Shown here one piece after another: positions 48,801 to 61,400 of a DNA stretch of 64,000 nt; the first letter of the stretch is position 1, and each line of letters starts with the position of its first letter. The notes under the pieces were generated by a model that was given only the letters and a program-made list of their open reading frames with translations, had not been told where the DNA came from and did not search any database. The stretch spans positions 1 to 64,000 of the forward strand of contig JAAILG010000381.1 of NCBI GenBank assembly GCA_012026655.1, written 5' to 3'. Both the position numbers and the translations under genes were made by a program. This stretch comes from Hydrolagus affinis (lineage: Eukaryota).

Positions 48801-51595
48801 AGTCTCAGAAACTTAACCGAAACTTGAGTATGTTGAAGGGGGAGAAAAGAGGAGGAAAAGAATGAAAGACGGAGGAGAAAGAAGAGAATAAGGAGAGCGG
48901 GACAGAGTGAAGAGGGGGGGGAGGGCAAGGAAAAAGAGAAAGGGGATAGTAGAGGGTGGGAGAGAGGGGGACAAAGAACTCACAGAATAGTAACTCATTG
49001 CTACCAGCAACTCATTTTCCTCCCTTAAAAGGCAGTAAATCCATCATTTGAAATGTGTGGTGCAGTTGCAATATTGCCTTATTGATGCCCGAGACATTAT
49101 TCTTATAGATTTCAATAGAGAAAAAGAACAACAGAAAACATGTAGATCTCTCCCTGTGAAATAGTATGGATCTATACTGACACAATGGGGTCTATTATGT
49201 TTCATGCTCAAACAATATGCAAACACAGCTGTATTATGTCCCATGTGCAAACCTGTATGGATAACAGATGCCCTTAATTATGTTTTTAAACAATCGTTCC
49301 TTTATCAGAGGTATATTTACCTGAAAACCTTAAGCAGGCTTATCCAGTTATCGTCCATGGTGGAGAGTGTGAAGTACAAGGTGGAGATTTATTCTTGGGT
49401 TTTTGATGCTAGCGAGAGGTGTGATTGTGGAGATGCGTGATATTAATCCTCTATTTGATATAGCACTGTGTGACCGACTGTGCATTTTGTAGGCAAATTT
49501 AACTGGTGAGAAGTGAATAACAAATTTTTATCTGAAACGCCTTTCCCAGTTTCAATAATAATAATAATCCTTGCATTTGATATAGCGCTTTTCAAGTCTT
49601 CTAGACGTCTCAAAGCGCTTCACAGAATATACTGTGAATTGACTGTGGACTTGTGGGCAAAATTCAGCAGCCAATTGCTCATAGCAGCGTCCCACAAACA
49701 GTCTTGGATTGAAATGACCAATTAAAAATTTTTTTTTTTTTTTTAGAGTATTAGGCATTTGTGTCAACAAACAAATTGGCAATTGTGTCAACGGGATTCT
49801 TAATGCTCACCTGAAATGGCAGATGTAACCTCAGTTTAACATCTCATTTGAAGCATACACTTCTGCTAATACAGTATACCACGAGCACTACAGCGTAGCA
49901 TCATCCTGGACTATTTGATCAAAACCCCAACATGGGACTTGAACCCACAACTCCAAAACAATTGAGCTAACTGACACTTACTATTGTGTGTATGATGCAT
50001 AACTTGTTCCACACTGAAGGACCACAATGGCAAATAGATTGGTATGGGTTTTTAAAGGTGCTACAGTTGATAAATACTACTCACTTTACAGAAGACAGAT
50101 CAATCTGTAGAAGCTCTCTCTTATACAATTTATGTATTGTTTTTAAGTCGGAGACTGAAGTTCAGCAAAGATTAACAAATAACCTGCACCCAGTAGAGCA
50201 CACTACCTTACTTCTATCCAATGAGTAAGTATTTAGTGAGTAGCCAAAGCAAGTACCAGGTTTGATGCCTAATTATTCTGCTGAATAAATTAATCTTATG
50301 CAGGATGGAACTTGACAGTTATGGAGTAGAAAAGCACTCAGGGATCCGGCTCCTGAAATCGATTCCAATGATCTCTGTTGAAAGTGTACATATTAGGATA
50401 AAGCTGTTAAAATGAAGTGAGTCATGAATTTGTTGTGAAACACATGGGAGTTCCCTGCACAAGAGGCACTTTGTCTGGAGAGATACTTTTTTCTAGCACT
50501 CAAATGTTCTGAAAGCTTTTTAAAATGGGAAAAATGCCCAATGGAATATTCACTTATTGGAGAAGCAAAGACCGTGTAGGATCTTAAATGAGGAAGAAAG
50601 TAATTATTTGAAACCTTTCAAAATTCAGCGCTCATCATTTATATAAAAGTTCTACACATGTGAACACAGGGGTCAACAAAGAGAAATATACACAGAATGT
50701 GAATGAAGCAATATTTATTGTTAGGCACTGGTAATGTACAGATTGAATTTTCAATTCCTTTTTATTATATTTCATATACTGTAGTTATTAAGACCGTGAC
50801 ATGTTTCAATCATTTAAATAATAAACACGTGGGGGATAAAAGAAACATTACTCGAACAACGGCAATCTGCACTTGTTGATGTTGAATTGAATAAAATTAA
50901 GGCTCATCCAAGATGCGCTGTCGGGTAGTCTGTCAGAAATGCAGTGTTGCTGGAGTCAAGGAGAGTCAGGAAAGGTGGAGTTGTCATCTACCCACACTAT
51001 TCCTGAAGTTCAATATTGGGACACAGTAGTGAAAGCAAATAAATCATACCAGAAGTCTTCTTTAGAGGAATAGCAGACAAACCAATTCATTTCAGAAAAG
51101 CTAATAGAAACCAAAGAATTTAAGAGGGAATCAGATTAAAGTATGGAAACTGAACTGTCACTTGATTGGTGCCTTGATCCTGAAGCAAAAGATTTGCTAC
51201 TTCTTTGTGGTTCAGAATTCTTGCTGTTTAAGACAGCAGTTTAAGACTGAAATCTTACTCCTTTGAAGTTTATTTGTGTCCTGCACATGGTGGGTAAACG
51301 TTAACTAATAGCCTTGGTTTTCTGAAAAACAGCGAGGCATTGGTTCTGAGAAGCAAATATTACGAGACAGGCTCTTCTTCCTGCATACAATGTTTCTGCT
51401 GAATAACGTAAGACATTAACAGGCCAGACGTATTAAAGTTGTACTTTGAACCGATGCACTTGAATGGACTTCAGTAACACACCCAAACAGCAGCGCACAG
51501 CCCACAGCTCAACCCCTGAGTGGCCTCACCTACAAAACTGACATTGACAGCTAGGTTTGGCTGGAAGTCGTCCACCAAGGTGAAGAATTTATGAC

Positions 51596-51672
51596 ATGAG
51601 ATCGACGGCATTACCAGACAGTATTAGACTGAAGTAGCTATATCTAACTTTGCCTGGTAAGACATCAATCAA
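51596..51672 (-). ncRNA. mir429: pre-miR-429 hairpin
   Basis: 3p UAAUACUGUCUGGUAAUGCCGU (51605-51626) and 5p GUCUUACCAGGCAAAGUUAGA (51643-51663). It is third in the 200b-200a-429 order. Confidence 0.96.
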
Positions 51673-53819
51673 CATGCAGCCACCTTGGATTAGTAGTAAC
51701 CTTTGATTTAGGGTTTCTGCTAGAGTTCTGGCATCTATGAAAAGAGGTCATCATTTGATTACATACTCTAATTTTGAGGAAGCAAAAGCAAAAATAAAAT
51801 AAGTACTCCACCCCACCCACACCACTATATTTTCTAAACATTTTAAGTACATCACACTTCCGTTTGGATCCATCTGTGTTAATAGATGCAATAACTCAAA
51901 GGGAGATTGTCATCATTGAGCTAGGAGCAACTGTTATTCAACTAACCAAAGAACTGGCAGAAACTCTACCTGCAGTCAATGAAACAAATACAGTACTAAT
52001 AAAGCTTACAGTACCAGCACCAAACAAGGCATTTGGCTCTGTGCATAGACGCAATGAGTGTGCAAAATAATAGCAGTAAGATTTCTGCATGAAGTACAAC
52101 TAACAATGGCAATGCAGTTTTGCATCTGTACTCACCTGTAGTAAACCAGCTCATATTGTTTTAAAAGCTGCAATCGGTATTACAACACTCAGGAGAAATA
52201 TTACTGTACATTTATTATGAATCATTTAGCTAACTTCATTTTTAATGAGGGGGTAAAATGGAAGTCCTTTGCTTCACATCCTCTGAGATAATAGGACAGG
52301 ATCTAAAAGAAGTATGTGGACTGTAACTATGATCTAATTGCTGCTTTTGATGTAATTGTAAATATCAGGAATGCCACATGAGGGGGAAAAAAACATTAAA
52401 TCAATGTAACATCTATAAATGAAACACACCAGAAAGTCAATATTTTCTTATCTCTGATACTTGATAATTATTCTAAGACCATTTAAAATTGTGTAACAAT
52501 TCCATTTTCTGTATTCCACAGGATGAAAACTACAATGTTTAACTGATTCAATAGGTTAATTAAAAGATTGAATATATTATGAAATACGTATAGCAATTTT
52601 CTCCACATTTTGCAACTGCTTTGTACATTAGTTACAAGATGATTTTCTGCCCTTTGAATGATTTGTCATGTGCTTGGGTTATTATAGTTGAGTTTAACCA
52701 AACTTCTGAGTTACTCGAATGCTAAAAGCAGAGCGAGACTCCCAACAAGAAGCATAAAGCAGAGAATTGCTCAAGAGAATCAAGTACCAAAAGGAGCATT
52801 GATGCTGTTTGACCTGCTGAGTTTCCCCAGCAACTTTTATTTTTGTTTCAGATTCCCAGCATCTGTAGTATTTTGTGTTTTACCAAAAGGATCATGTTCC
52901 CTGGACTGGCGTAGGCACACAAATAAAATCAGAGACACCTGCCTGTCCAGCACAGCAGATTCTCTCATCTCGTTCACTTTGCCTCTTGGAAAATTGACAA
53001 TAAATGGACAATGACATGATAGCACTTTAATCTAGACTGCTGCAATTGTCCTTTTGGGAATCGTCTAAGTGTTGTACAATAAAGTCACTCAGTGTTTCGT
53101 TTTTTTTAAAAAAGTCACTGCTCCTCCGTTGAGGCAGTGATGCCGATTCTCCAGAATCAGGGATATTGTTAGCCAACTGCAAAACCAAACCAATAAAACA
53201 CATATTGTAATCACCAAAATTAATGCATGAGGGCGGCAGCAGGTAGAAATTCACAAAATAAATGGCCTTATCAGATTAAAAAGAGTACACGACTGAAGGT
53301 CTTTTCAAAAGTCTTTGCACTTTTCAAGCCTTATAACAGATTTGTAACATACTTGTGGATCGAATGAATAGTTTTCCCATTTTCTTCCAATTATGAAAGA
53401 AACAAATAAAAAAGCACAATTTCTCTTTTATATTGACACTAAACTCCACAACAGCACATCACCCTTAGTGAGCACAGACTGCCAATGCAGTGTACGTTTT
53501 GTTTGCGTGCTACGTTAATATTAAACAAAGGATTAGGCACTTCTCACTCAATATCTACACCCAGTAACCAAACAAAGATAAGCATAGGCATTCTGTATGT
53601 CTTGGTGACATTTGATGTAGCTTTGATTATTAGTTTCCAGTGTAAGATGAACCGCTATAACTCCCACTTGGACTCAACTACTAACATGGAGCTTTATACT
53701 AATTCCATAAATGGGACTGAATGTATTAAGCTTTTTCTTCATTGGTTTGCTCAGTTCTTATTAATATTGTGCTTCTAATTCAAACAGAGTGAGCCGTCTC
53801 TCCCAACACAACACTTTTC

Positions 53820-54345
53820 CTGCCTATCGGTACTGTATCTATTCTGCTTGTCGGACATCAAGTTCTGGATGAGAGCTAACTTTCTACAGCTGAATGTCAA
53901 CAAGCCCAAGGCCATCCTGATTGGCTCATGCCAGCACCTCTGCATCTCAGGGACTGGCAACATCAACCTCCATGGTTGCACACTCCACCTCACCAAGCCA
54001 GTCAGGAACCTAAGTCTTGTTCGATCCTCAAATCTTTTCTCGCCCACATCTATGCTATGATCCGCTCTGCCTTCCCTCACCTTCGCAACATTGCTTGACT
54101 CCACCACTACCTCATCTGTCAGGCTGCTCAAACTCTCGTTCATACCTCCATTACATCCAGGCTCAACTATGCCAACAATCTGCTTGTTGGCATCTCCAAC
54201 TCCTCCCTCCATCGGCTGCAGAGCATCCAGAACTCTGCAGCCCATGTCCTCTCCCGCACCAGGCTCCGAAAACCTATCACCCCCATTCTCGCTCGATTCC
54301 ACTAGCTTCCCATCACCCAGTGGATTCAATTTAAGATCCTGGTCC
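53820..54345 (+). mobile_element. Degenerate L2 LINE ORF2 fragment
   Basis: SDIKFWMRANFLQLNVNKPKAILIG motif typical of the L2 RT C-terminal region; frameshifted downstream. Confidence 0.8.
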
Positions 54346-55013
54346 TCACCTTTTGTTGTCGGTCACAATAACCATTTTGCACACAACAATTTACATGAAG
54401 CATTGTTGGCCAAGGCGCCAAGGGAAAACCAAGAGAATGATGCTAGCTTTTGATTTAGTTTGTTATTGCTCTTCCAAAGGACAATGGTGTTCTTTCTTAT
54501 AAAAAGCAGAAATACAGCAATTAACGGTTTAGCCAAAGTAGGTACTGTGCTCAGGCAGTAGCTTCAAATCTTGGACTATGAAAGAGGATAGGAAGCACTT
54601 TTCAGTAAAACGTAGTTGGAACAAACAACTAGCACTGTTTGTGGAACCACAAAGGGTTCAAGAAGGAACTACTGAAGACAGGTTCCTGGATATTATAAAG
54701 GATTCATTATCAGATAAATGCAATGAAGGAATCTCCTAGGAAGCTGGATAGACCAATAATTTGCTCATACCTGAAACCGTTACCATGATATTATATAATG
54801 CAGTGGTATCATTTACATAAATAGGATTATACTAATGGGATCTGTTCGATGAGTGACTGATTTAAATGCTCAAATCTATTGAAAACAGGTCAATCTATCC
54901 CCAAACCAGTAGTGACAAACGTCTTTCTTTTACTGCTTGGGACTTGATTGAAAATTAATGTTGAATTTACAGATTTGCATCATTTTAAATTTAAGACAGT
55001 GGCCGGTCTAAGG

Positions 55014-55149
55014 CAGTGGTTTCCAAACTGTGGGATGTGCCTCCCTTGGGTTGGGTGGTGGGGGGGAATGTGAAGGAGGGGGAATGCACAATGAAAACTT
55101 TGCTGAGTTGGGGTGGGGGGCGCTGCTGTTCAAAGTTTGGAAGCCACTG
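55014..55149. mobile_element. hAT (Charlie/MER5-like) MITE
   Basis: TIRs CAGTGGTTTCCAAACT / AGTTTGGAAGCCACTG; 8-bp TSD gtctaagg / gtctacgg. Confidence 0.75.
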
Positions 55150-56281
55150 GTCTACGGAAAGACTAAGACTATGAACAGCTGAAACCATTGTAACATTTTA
55201 TAGTGTTATTTTTACTTTGCCCCAGATTTTCTGCCTTCCTGGACACACACCTCCTAGATATAGAAAGTTCCCATCCAATTTCTCCATTCTGCAGCATGTG
55301 ATTATACACTTAGTCGAGTAGAAGGGTTGAACCTGCATTTCATGGTTCCGTACATCAGTGCTCTGATGTGCTTTGTCACTAAATTAACTCCAAGAAGATC
55401 AAGATCTTATTTGAAAAAATAAGTTTGCTTTCAGTTCTAGTTCAAAATGACAAACTGTCTGAATCTCACATTCTGTTGGCACAGTAGGAGCCTCAAGTGA
55501 TGACTGACCACCTTCTGATATTGTATAAAGTGCAATGTAGTCAGTGCACAAATAGGATTTCCTCCCGTATCAAACACTCAGGCTTGAATTCATGGAGACA
55601 TACTGAATAGCTGTGCAAATGAAGTGGGGGTGGGCGGGAACTAAGGATTAGTCAGTTTTGGGCACATTGGACAACTCCTTCAGACTGATTTAAAAAACAA
55701 GCATTGGTAGAGAAGTGAGAGAATTCCTTGAAATAATTGTCAGAAGCAAGGAACCTCATGTCAGGTACTTTACAAACTGGGCATAAAAAGTTAAACAGAA
55801 CAGGCAGGTTTGAGCAGTTCTGGTAGAATTAGAGTAGAAGCCTTTTGACAGTGTTGCCAAATACTGCATTCAAATAGAATAATAATTGACTTTTAATTCT
55901 ACTTCTAGAACATAGCATAAATGAAACATAAATTACGTGGGCATTGTAACATCGGAACATCCAATGTAAAAACACGTGTTGTAAAATGAATCATACAAAA
56001 CATTATTTAACTTAATTGAAAACTTTCTGGTTGACAGTTAAATCAAACATTAATTTTATTTATCAAATTATGAAATAGAAATAATCGAAAACTATTAAAA
56101 AAAAGTTTGGCACCTCAAAGCCTTTTTTGTCTGTACATCACATGACTTTTATTACATACTGCACTATACCGACAGGTCTTTGAGGAGATTAGGATGTAAA
56201 GCGGTAACATACAAGAGTTCAAAGTAACCACCAGATAACTAGTAGTGTGTAAACTCAATCCAATGGCTGTTGGCTGTGGTT

Positions 56282-56362
56282 CACTCATTAAACATCGTTA
56301 CCAGACAGTGTTAGAATTTATGAGTGTAATCCAGCACTGTCTAGTAAGATGTCCACAGAGGA
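56282..56362 (-). ncRNA. mir200a: pre-miR-200a hairpin
   Basis: 3p UAACACUGUCUGGUAACGAUGU (56292-56313) and 5p CAUCUUACUAGACAGUGCUGGA (56330-56351) on the minus strand. Confidence 0.97.
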
Positions 56363-58341
56363 CCAGGGTAAGAGCTCTGTCCAAACCTAGAGAAAAGCTA
56401 TACAGTTCCTGCAACCAAATCAAACATCAGATTGAAGTTTTCCATCCATTTGGAACATAATTGAAGGCCATGCAAATGAAGTGCAATGAAAACACAACAT
56501 AGAAAAAGTGCACACAAATTAAATTGATAATATATATTCCTTGCATTGTTACAAGTACTTTCTTTAAAATATATAGAGGATAAATGCGCTTACTTGTCAA
56601 AATAATTAATATTTCACAATTTGAATACTGTACCCCAGAACATGTCACTTTGAGGAATAATATTTATTACATAATTTGTCTACGACACAATATATTGGCT
56701 TTCGCTTTCCATTAAATTGTTTTACTTTTGTCTTTAAATGGACCATATTTATCGATTTGAAAAAGACTGCAATCTACAACCCTTTCTCAATGGCTGAGCT
56801 TCTAGCATGTACTGGTTGATCAGTAGAAATCCACATACACATACTTTATGTTGGAATAACACCTTCCATGTCAGATCAGGCCTTGTTCAAAAGTTTCGTC
56901 AAGTGGCTGAGTGGTTTTGTAGAACAAACAGGATGTTGAAGCTTAACCCCTTCACCAGCCTATCCCTGAATGCCAAAGCTTTCAGTAATATCGTATTGGA
57001 TTATAAAGTGGGAAGCATACAAAGAAGTCATGATGGTTGATTACTCAGATTTAGGAGCATATTTTCCATATTAAATTATGCTTAGTGCAATTCAAGGGAG
57101 CATAGATTTTGTTAACGAAAATAAAATTACTTTGCAAGCAGAATAAAGTGAAGCCTTTCAAATATGATCTTTTGGAAGGTTCAACTTTACTGAAACATAT
57201 TTTGCCACTAACTCAGTAATTCTTCGTAGTCCGCGATTGATGGTGAACTGAAAAGAAGCAGTTATTTATTTATTACCGTCAAATTCAGCACTCATTCCTT
57301 TTAAATATTTCAACTCATTGAAGTAGGTAAGATGTGTAGCTCACCTATCCCTAATCTATCCCCCAAAACAGATATCAAACCAGTAGTAACCACATCCTCC
57401 AAAGTTATATGTATCCTGACAAAAGAGATAAAACCTAACTACAAGAAGCCATCACCTATCAAACATTTGGAGGTAAACAGGCATAGAAAATGTAATTTAC
57501 ACACAAGTCAACGTGGTCAGGAACCACTTCTTCCAGTTCTAATGTTGTTTAAATCTAGCTGTTTATCTTGGTTGCGCTGAATACCATTGTTACCTTTCAA
57601 GGCATATTAATTCTTTTTTCATGGAGAATTTCTTTATACCTCTATAATTCTAGACTTCCTCAAACCCACGTCAATTCCAAATCAAATTATATAAATAAAT
57701 CACCAAATCCTCTTGACACATTCTGAAATAAATATATTCCATACTGAAGACTAAAGAAGGATTAGGCTTTTTACACGGAGATCAGGAGGAATGTTTGTTT
57801 GATAACTGAAAATATGTTTTATTTCTCCTCTCCATTTGCTTCAGCCTCATCGTAGCAAAAGTAAAATAAATCATCTACCATTTTACCAATAGGATTAGTT
57901 TAGGTGACAAGGGAAGTTCAAATCCGGTAAGATTGTAATACCATATGATAAAATACTGTCTGCTGAAAAGTTCATTTGAACCCTACATCTCTGAGGCAGT
58001 ACTGGATGTCTTTTCACATTAACTCAAGTCTTATCTTTTGAATTGCAGATGAACCTGGCCACCACGTACAGCAGGTGACAGGTGGTGGTGAGGCTATGTT
58101 CCTACATTTGGATAACTAACTATTTCCAATCACCTTGCTCCTTTTCTGGTGGGAACCAATCCGCTGATGTGTCACCAACTGCATTTCTGACTAGTGAAGT
58201 GTCACGGTAATTAACATGACTAAAATGTTTGCACTATAGTGGTGGGGGGGAAAAAAACCAAGAAAAGGTTCTACTTAAGCCTGTGAGCTGGAGATTTTCA
58301 TTCTTCTGTTTGCATTCAGTTCTTCTCCGATGAAGTTAGAG

Positions 58342-58415
58342 AGCCATCATCATCATTACCAGGCAGTATTAGAATACCAGTTTACATCCAATGCTGCCCA
58401 GTAAGATGATAATAC
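58342..58415 (-). ncRNA. mir200b: pre-miR-200b hairpin
   Basis: The reverse complement gives 5p CAUCUUACUGGGCAGCAUUGGA (58387-58408) and 3p UAAUACUGCCUGGUAAUGAUGA (58350-58371), matching the known vertebrate miR-200b arms. Confidence 0.97.
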
Positions 58416-61400
58416 CTCCCCGGAAGTCTTTCAGTACAGATTTCAGGGCAGCCATGATTGAGTTTCAGTGGGTACTTTCTCAATAAATAAAAATTAACTT
58501 TGCTGACTGCAGGTTAGTTTGAACTCTCATCTTAATTCATCCTCAGTTTCGAATGATATGCTACGCCAGTTTGCTTTAAATAAACTCTTAAATGTAACAC
58601 CTAAAATCTCTCTGAAACAATCACTTCTGCATCCTTCAATTTGCTTCCTCATACAATTTAAATTAAACTTTGTTAACAACAGATTAATTCCCAAATATCC
58701 ACTAGTTTGTGCTTTCCTTTCTCATTTCTTTAATGGATTTATTTTGCATGCAATTGTTCCACAGAAGTTTAGATATTGTTATAAGGCTTCACAACATTCT
58801 CTATCAGGACTCAGTGTAAAGTGGAAATTCACTAAGCATTTAACTTCCCTCTAAACAAACAATAGGTACTGAGCCTGATCCTGTTCACACATGATGTACA
58901 CACTTCCTCCTTACTATTCTGCAATGTCAAATGGAAACAGGAATCCTTGTTGATTTTCTCATTCTGAATAGATACAAAAGCCAATTGTAGCATCTCAACT
59001 AGCAACAGAGTTGTACATACTGTATCTGGCCTTTATAGTTCAGTGCTGCACCAGGTAGCATGTTTATTCACAAATATATTAGAAAAGTACAGAAAATTAT
59101 TTCTGTATATGTATATGGCTTGTAGCAGACATTGATGAACCCTATCATCAAGCCTCTAACCGTTTTATATTATTCCTCAAATCCTGAAAACCATAATTCC
59201 CTAGAATTCTAAATGGCATTATTTAATTGTTTCCAACATTTTGAAATTACATAATCTAACAATAAATAATAATCCTTGCATTTGATATATTTTCAATTCA
59301 TAAATGTTAAATTTCACCTTGGAAGAAGTAACCTTTACGAAAGAACAATTAGAAACATTTTATTAATTTATGTACTACAGTAGTAGTTAGTTGCTTTCCT
59401 TATTTCAATGACAGCTTCTTTATGAAATTTACCTTTCCATTTTTTTTAAAACGAAGATTTAACTCCATTTGAAGTACCTTTAAGCACTATTTTGAAAAGA
59501 AAGTGCCAGTCTAAAATAAGAACAGAATGAAGGCTATTATCTAACAATATGATTAACTTGAATTGGCATTTAAACACAGATTGCAGTTTTCCTACTGTAG
59601 TGATAATGCTCTGTGTAGAGAACAAAATTACTGTCAAGAGCCACATTTGGCAAACCTATGCTTGAAATACTTAGAAAAACATTTACATAGAATACAAATA
59701 AATGACATCATTGACTTACTCCTACACGTGAATACAGAATCAGGAGTGATAAACAATACAATCTCCCCACTACTCAACCTGCCAAAAATCTACCACAGAG
59801 GTACGGTTTAACCTGCATTCCTGTCATTAGTTTAATACATAAAGATCAAGAACTGGAGACGTTGAGGCAGATTAGGTACAAAAGCCTCTGGCTGCTATCT
59901 GCAGGGCTTTCATATTTACTGAAGCCATAAACTAATACCACCATTTTGTACAGCAGCTGTGTATGAGAAGGCAAAATGGCGTCCAGTTTATCCTGAATAG
60001 TACAACATTAATGATTCCCTTTCAGTCTACCACACAATAACCAGGCAGGAAACAGTAACATCACTGGTGTCAATTTCTCCTCGTATAATTTATAGCATTA
60101 ACCCTTTCTCTTTTTTTGCAGAAGGTAATATGAACAAACAATCCATATGTGAAATCTTATTTCATTACTATTTGCTGTATGATGTCTAAGGGGGAAACTG
60201 CCATTATTTACTAATAAGTAAGCCAACATTTGCAAAAATGTCATTGTAATCTTATATGGGGATACTCCTAATGTCTGGATAACAAAAACAATATTAATAA
60301 ATTGTCAGGTGTTCTTATTTCAGTATTTATGATTCAGAGTAAATCCATTGATGTTGATTTCTCAAACTGAAATAACTTTGTTTTCATAGGTTGGCAATGA
60401 CCCGCACCCCCCAGCATCTAAATTAGCTAATGGTTTAGTAATGTTTTTAAGTATCCAGTTATATATTTTAAAATCTTTGTTTAAACTGTCCTTGGGACTT
60501 CAACATTGTTAGCCGTTTGTTTTAATTGTTCATATTATCCTGTTTCTGAATACTATAAATTTGATAGCTAGTTGTATTGTGCTAGACTTGATGAATTTTC
60601 ATTCATTTCCAGTAAAAAAACATCAAGCTAATTAATCAGATGGCTACAATGCCACCTGATTGAATGCAATGAAGGCATAGAACAGACTTCAACATAGTTA
60701 CCAACTAGCTTTAAACTAGTGAAGAAACATTACCATTGTGGATTGCCAGGAGCAAAACAAAGCAATTAATTTCCACAAATAATTATTTGAACTGAATTAA
60801 TCAGATTATTTTTAAATTGTTAGAAAGTTAAGATAGTCTGTAGTTTACTCAACAGATGTGAAATATATTCTGCAGTCAAATCTGGGCTATTTATTCTAAA
60901 TTGCACTTCAACAAGGTGTTAAATCATCTGGACAAAGAATTGAAGAGGCGAAAGTAAATAATGTTAATTTTCTTCTTCTGTAAATCAAACGATCATAACT
61001 GCTAACAGTAAATTTCTGCAGGAAATGTTAGCAAAGATGGAAGGAGATGTAACTGGGAAATGAATACTGTAGCAAGTATTGTTTGTTTGCTATAATAGAT
61101 ACTTGTTATTTCAATATGGTCAGAACTAACAGAGCTAATCAACCAGGTTAAATTCACACTGCCGAGTCACTTATTCATCCATTCTGTACCAACTGGTCTA
61201 AAATTTGTGATCGTGAAATTTGAAGGTTAAAGGCCAGACCGAGGTATTGCAGTAAAAGAGACACAATAAGTAATGAATACCAGGGCACATTGAATCCCTT
61301 CAAAGAAAAATATCTTCACACCAACATTTACCACATAAAATTACAATATTCTCTTTCTAATTTTAGTTTTACACAATCATTTTAAAGCAAACAAAAACGT

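Noticed and set aside
53775-54453. 184-aa and overlapping ORFs
   Set aside because: Antisense and shifted frames of a decayed L2 LINE.
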